Shown: piece by piece, positions 58,606 to 61,200 of the stretch | Position numbering within the stretch: position 1 is the first letter of the stretch | How the letters are laid out: each line of letters starts with the position of its first letter | Assembly (NCBI GenBank): GCA_003551645.1 | Contig: PUND01000018.1 | Coordinates: forward strand, 1 to 61,200 | Direction: 5' to 3' | Source of the DNA: Phycisphaerae bacterium | Lineage (GTDB): Bacteria; Planctomycetota; Phycisphaerae; SM23-33 | Length of the DNA stretch: 61,200 nt | The notes under the pieces: model-generated | Database searches by the model: none | What the model saw: the letters and a program-made list of their open reading frames with translations, nothing else | What the model was told of the DNA's origin: nothing | Program-made: the position numbers and the translations under genes

Positions 58606-61134
58606 ATGTTCGAAAGATTTACAGAACGCGCACGCAAGGTGATGGCCCTGGCCAACCAGGAGGCCCAGCGGTTCAATCACGAGTATATCGGTACCGAACA
58701 CATCCTCCTTGGTCTGGTCAAGGAGGGTTCCGGCGTCGGCGCGAACGTGCTGAAGAACCTCGGCGTGGACCTGCACAAGGTCCGGCTGGAGGTCGAGAAG
58801 CTCGTCAAGGCCGGCCCGGACATGGTCACCATGGGCAAGCTCCCGCAGACCCCGCGGGCCAAAAAGGTGATCGAATACGCCATAGAGGAGGCGCGCAACC
58901 TCAACCATAACTATGTCGGTACGGAGCACCTGCTGCTGGGGCTTCTGCGCGAGCAGGACGGCGTGGCCGCCCAGGTGCTTATCAACCTCGGGCTTAAGCT
59001 CGAGGAGGTCCGCGAAGAGGTGCTCAATCTGCTCGGCGCCGGCGTCGAGCCGGAAGAGGCGACCGCGGGCATGGGCGGCGACCCTTCGCAGCGCCGAGGC
59101 AAGAGCAAGACTCCGGCGCTGGACAACTTCGGCCGGGACCTGACCGAGCTTGCCCGCGAGGGACAGCTTGACCCGGTAATCGGCAGGATGAACGAGATAG
59201 AGCGGGTCACGCAGGTCCTCTGCCGCCGGACCAAGAACAACCCCGTGCTGCTCGGCGAGGCGGGTGTCGGTAAGACCGCGATTGTCGAGGGCCTGGCCCA
59301 GAAGATCGTGGACAACGACGTGCCTGAACTGCTGCACGACAGGCGCATCGTGGCGCTGGACCTGGCAATGATGGTCGCCGGCACCAAGTATCGCGGCCAG
59401 TTTGAGGAGCGGATAAAGGCGGTGATGAATGAGGTCCGCCGAGCCCGCAACGTGATACTGTTCATCGACGAGATGCACACGCTGGTCGGCGCCGGCGGCG
59501 CCGAGGGCGCCATCGACGCGGCCAACGTGCTCAAGCCATCGCTTTCACGCGGCGAGCTGCAGTGCATCGGTGCGACCACGATGGACGAGTACCGCAAGCA
59601 CATAGAGAAGGACGGCGCGCTTGAGCGCCGTTTCCAGACCATCATCGTCAACCCGCCGACCGACGAGCAGACGCTGGAGATCCTTCGTGGGCTGCGCGAC
59701 CGCTACGAGGCCCACCACCGCGTGCATATTGACGAGCTTGCCCTGAGGCGCGCGGTAGAGCTTTCCAGCAGGTACATCACCGGTCGAGTCCAGCCGGACA
59801 AGGCCATCGACGTTATTGACGAGTCGGGCGCGCGGGTGCGGCTGAAGACCATGACCAAGCCGCCGGACCTGGCGTCGCTGGAAGCCGAGATGCAGAAGCT
59901 TCAGGCCGAGAAGGACGAGGCCGTCAAGAACGCCGACTACGAGCGGGCCGCCGATGTGCGCGACCAGATCGAGCAGCTTCGCAGACAGAAGGAAGAAAAG
60001 CAGAGCGAATGGCAGAAGCAGGCCCGCGAGGTTGACGGTGCGGTTGACGAGGAGGTCGTCGCCGAGGTGGTCAGCAAGATGACCGGCGTGCCTCTGACCC
60101 GGCTGGAGAAGGAAGAGGCCCAGCGCCTGCTGGAGCTGGAGAAGGAGCTTCACAAGCGTGTGGTCAGCCAGGACGAGGCGATCAAGGCCGTTTCAAAGAG
60201 CATCCGGCGCGCCCGTAGCGGCCTGAAGGACCCTCGCAGACCGATGGGCAGCTTCATCTTCGCCGGGCCCAGCGGTGTCGGCAAGACGCTGCTGAGCAAG
60301 GCGCTGGCCGAGTTCATGTTCGGCGACGAAGAGGCGCTGATGCAGATCGACATGTCGGAGTACATGGAGAAGCACAACGTCTCGCGTCTGGTCGGCGCTC
60401 CTCCGGGATACGTCGGGTATGAGGAAGGCGGCCAGCTTACCGAGAGCATCCGACGCCGCCCCTACGCGGTGTTGCTGCTGGATGAGATCGAGAAGGCGCA
60501 CCCGGACGTGTTCAACATGCTCCTTCAGATAATGGAGGAGGGGCACCTGACCGATTCGTTCGGCCGGCGGGTGGATTTCCGCAACGCGGTCATCATCATG
60601 ACCACGAATATCGGCGCCGACATGATCAAGAGCGGTGGCGGGTTCGGTTTCGGCCGGCGCGACGAGGAAGCCAGCTACGAGAAGATGAAGGAGATGCTCA
60701 CCAAGGAGGTCGAGCGTCACTTCCGGCCGGAGTTCCTGAACCGGCTCGATGATGTGATCGTCTTCCAGACGTTGAACCGAGAAGACCTCAAGACCATCAT
60801 CGACTTCGAGCTGCGGAAGGTCCGCGAACGCCTCGCCACCGAGCACGATCTGGAGCTGGAGTTGACCGACGGCGCCAAGGAGTTCCTCATCGAGAAGGGC
60901 TACAACCCGGACTTCGGTGCCCGACCGCTGCGACGGGCCATCGAGCATCACGTGGAAGACCCGATCAGTGAGGAAATCCTCCGCGGCGGATACGCCGACA
61001 AGGCCAAGGTCGTTGTATCGGTCAAGGAAGAGGACGAAGATAAGCACCTGTACTTCGAGGGCGTCGGTAAGAAATCAGACGAGGACGAGACCGACGACTC
61101 CAAAAAGGTCAAGCAGCTTCACGAGACCACCTGA
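58606..61134 (+). CDS. clpC: ATP-dependent Clp protease ATP-binding subunit ClpC
   Basis: Twin Clp-N repeats (GTEH), [11 protein letters not shown] coiled coil (YERAA.VRD), GPSGVGKT, ClpP-docking FGF loop, GARPLRR. Confidence 0.96.
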   Translation: MFERFTERARKVMALANQEAQRFNHEYIGTEHILLGLVKEGSGVGANVLKNLGVDLHKVRLEVEKLVKAGPDMVTMGKLPQTPRAKKVIEYAIEEARNLNHNYVGTEHLLLGLLREQDGVAAQVLINLGLKLEEVREEVLNLLGAGVEPEEATAGMGGDPSQRRGKSKTPALDNFGRDLTELAREGQLDPVIGRMNEIERVTQVLCRRTKNNPVLLGEAGVGKTAIVEGLAQKIVDNDVPELLHDRRIVALDLAMMVAGTKYRGQFEERIKAVMNEVRRARNVILFIDEMHTLVGAGGAEGAIDAANVLKPSLSRGELQCIGATTMDEYRKHIEKDGALERRFQTIIVNPPTDEQTLEILRGLRDRYEAHHRVHIDELALRRAVELSSRYITGRVQPDKAIDVIDESGARVRLKTMTKPPDLASLEAEMQKLQAEKDEAVKNADYERAADVRDQIEQLRRQKEEKQSEWQKQAREVDGAVDEEVVAEVVSKMTGVPLTRLEKEEAQRLLELEKELHKRVVSQDEAIKAVSKSIRRARSGLKDPRRPMGSFIFAGPSGVGKTLLSKALAEFMFGDEEALMQIDMSEYMEKHNVSRLVGAPPGYVGYEEGGQLTESIRRRPYAVLLLDEIEKAHPDVFNMLLQIMEEGHLTDSFGRRVDFRNAVIIMTTNIGADMIKSGGGFGFGRRDEEASYEKMKEMLTKEVERHFRPEFLNRLDDVIVFQTLNREDLKTIIDFELRKVRERLATEHDLELELTDGAKEFLIEKGYNPDFGARPLRRAIEHHVEDPISEEILRGGYADKAKVVVSVKEEDEDKHLYFEGVGKKSDEDETDDSKKVKQLHETT

Positions 61135-61148
61135 GCAGTCCGCGGCAG

Positions 61149-61193
61149 CGCGTGGGCAAGTCGGATGCCGAGCGACAGCGGCTTGCCCACGCG
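61149..61193. repeat. GC-rich inverted repeat (REP-like or terminator) after clpC
   Basis: CGCGTGGGCAAG / CTTGCCCACGCG perfect 12-bp arms. Confidence 0.6.
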
Positions 61194-61200
61194 GTCTGTC

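Overview
GC-rich bacterial chromosomal segment, most consistent with a Planctomycetota (probably Phycisphaerae) genome. This placement is an inference from the prepilin/H-X9-DG proteins and the MoxR-DUF58-BatA-vWA-prenyltransferase-like cluster. Most content is housekeeping: nrdJ with tandem NrdR boxes, leuD, trpBA, malic enzyme, fumC, phoH-7TM/HD-ybeY, alaS, rpmF-plsX-fabHDG-acpP-fabF, rpmE-prfA, tRNA-Leu(GAG) and clpC. No CRISPR array, rRNA, integrase or classical transposase was seen. The most notable signals are small or non-coding. (1) Two one-gene cassettes (a frameshifted GxxExxY gene and a four-helix-bundle/IVP-like gene) and one ORF-less relic sit inside operons, bracketed by inverted repeats whose ends abut the upstream stop codon and the downstream RBS. 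(2) A DUF3800 gene is followed by a convergent putative small RNA with its own promoter. (3) A ~110-nt putative sRNA has two hairpins displaying near-identical CCCUCC (anti-SD-like) loops. (4) A ~330-nt structured leader precedes a prepilin-type gene. (5) A tandem duplication of prenyltransferase-like barrel genes shows loop-focused divergence, with a fossil of the upstream gene in the spacer. All product calls come from motif recognition by eye, not from database searches.
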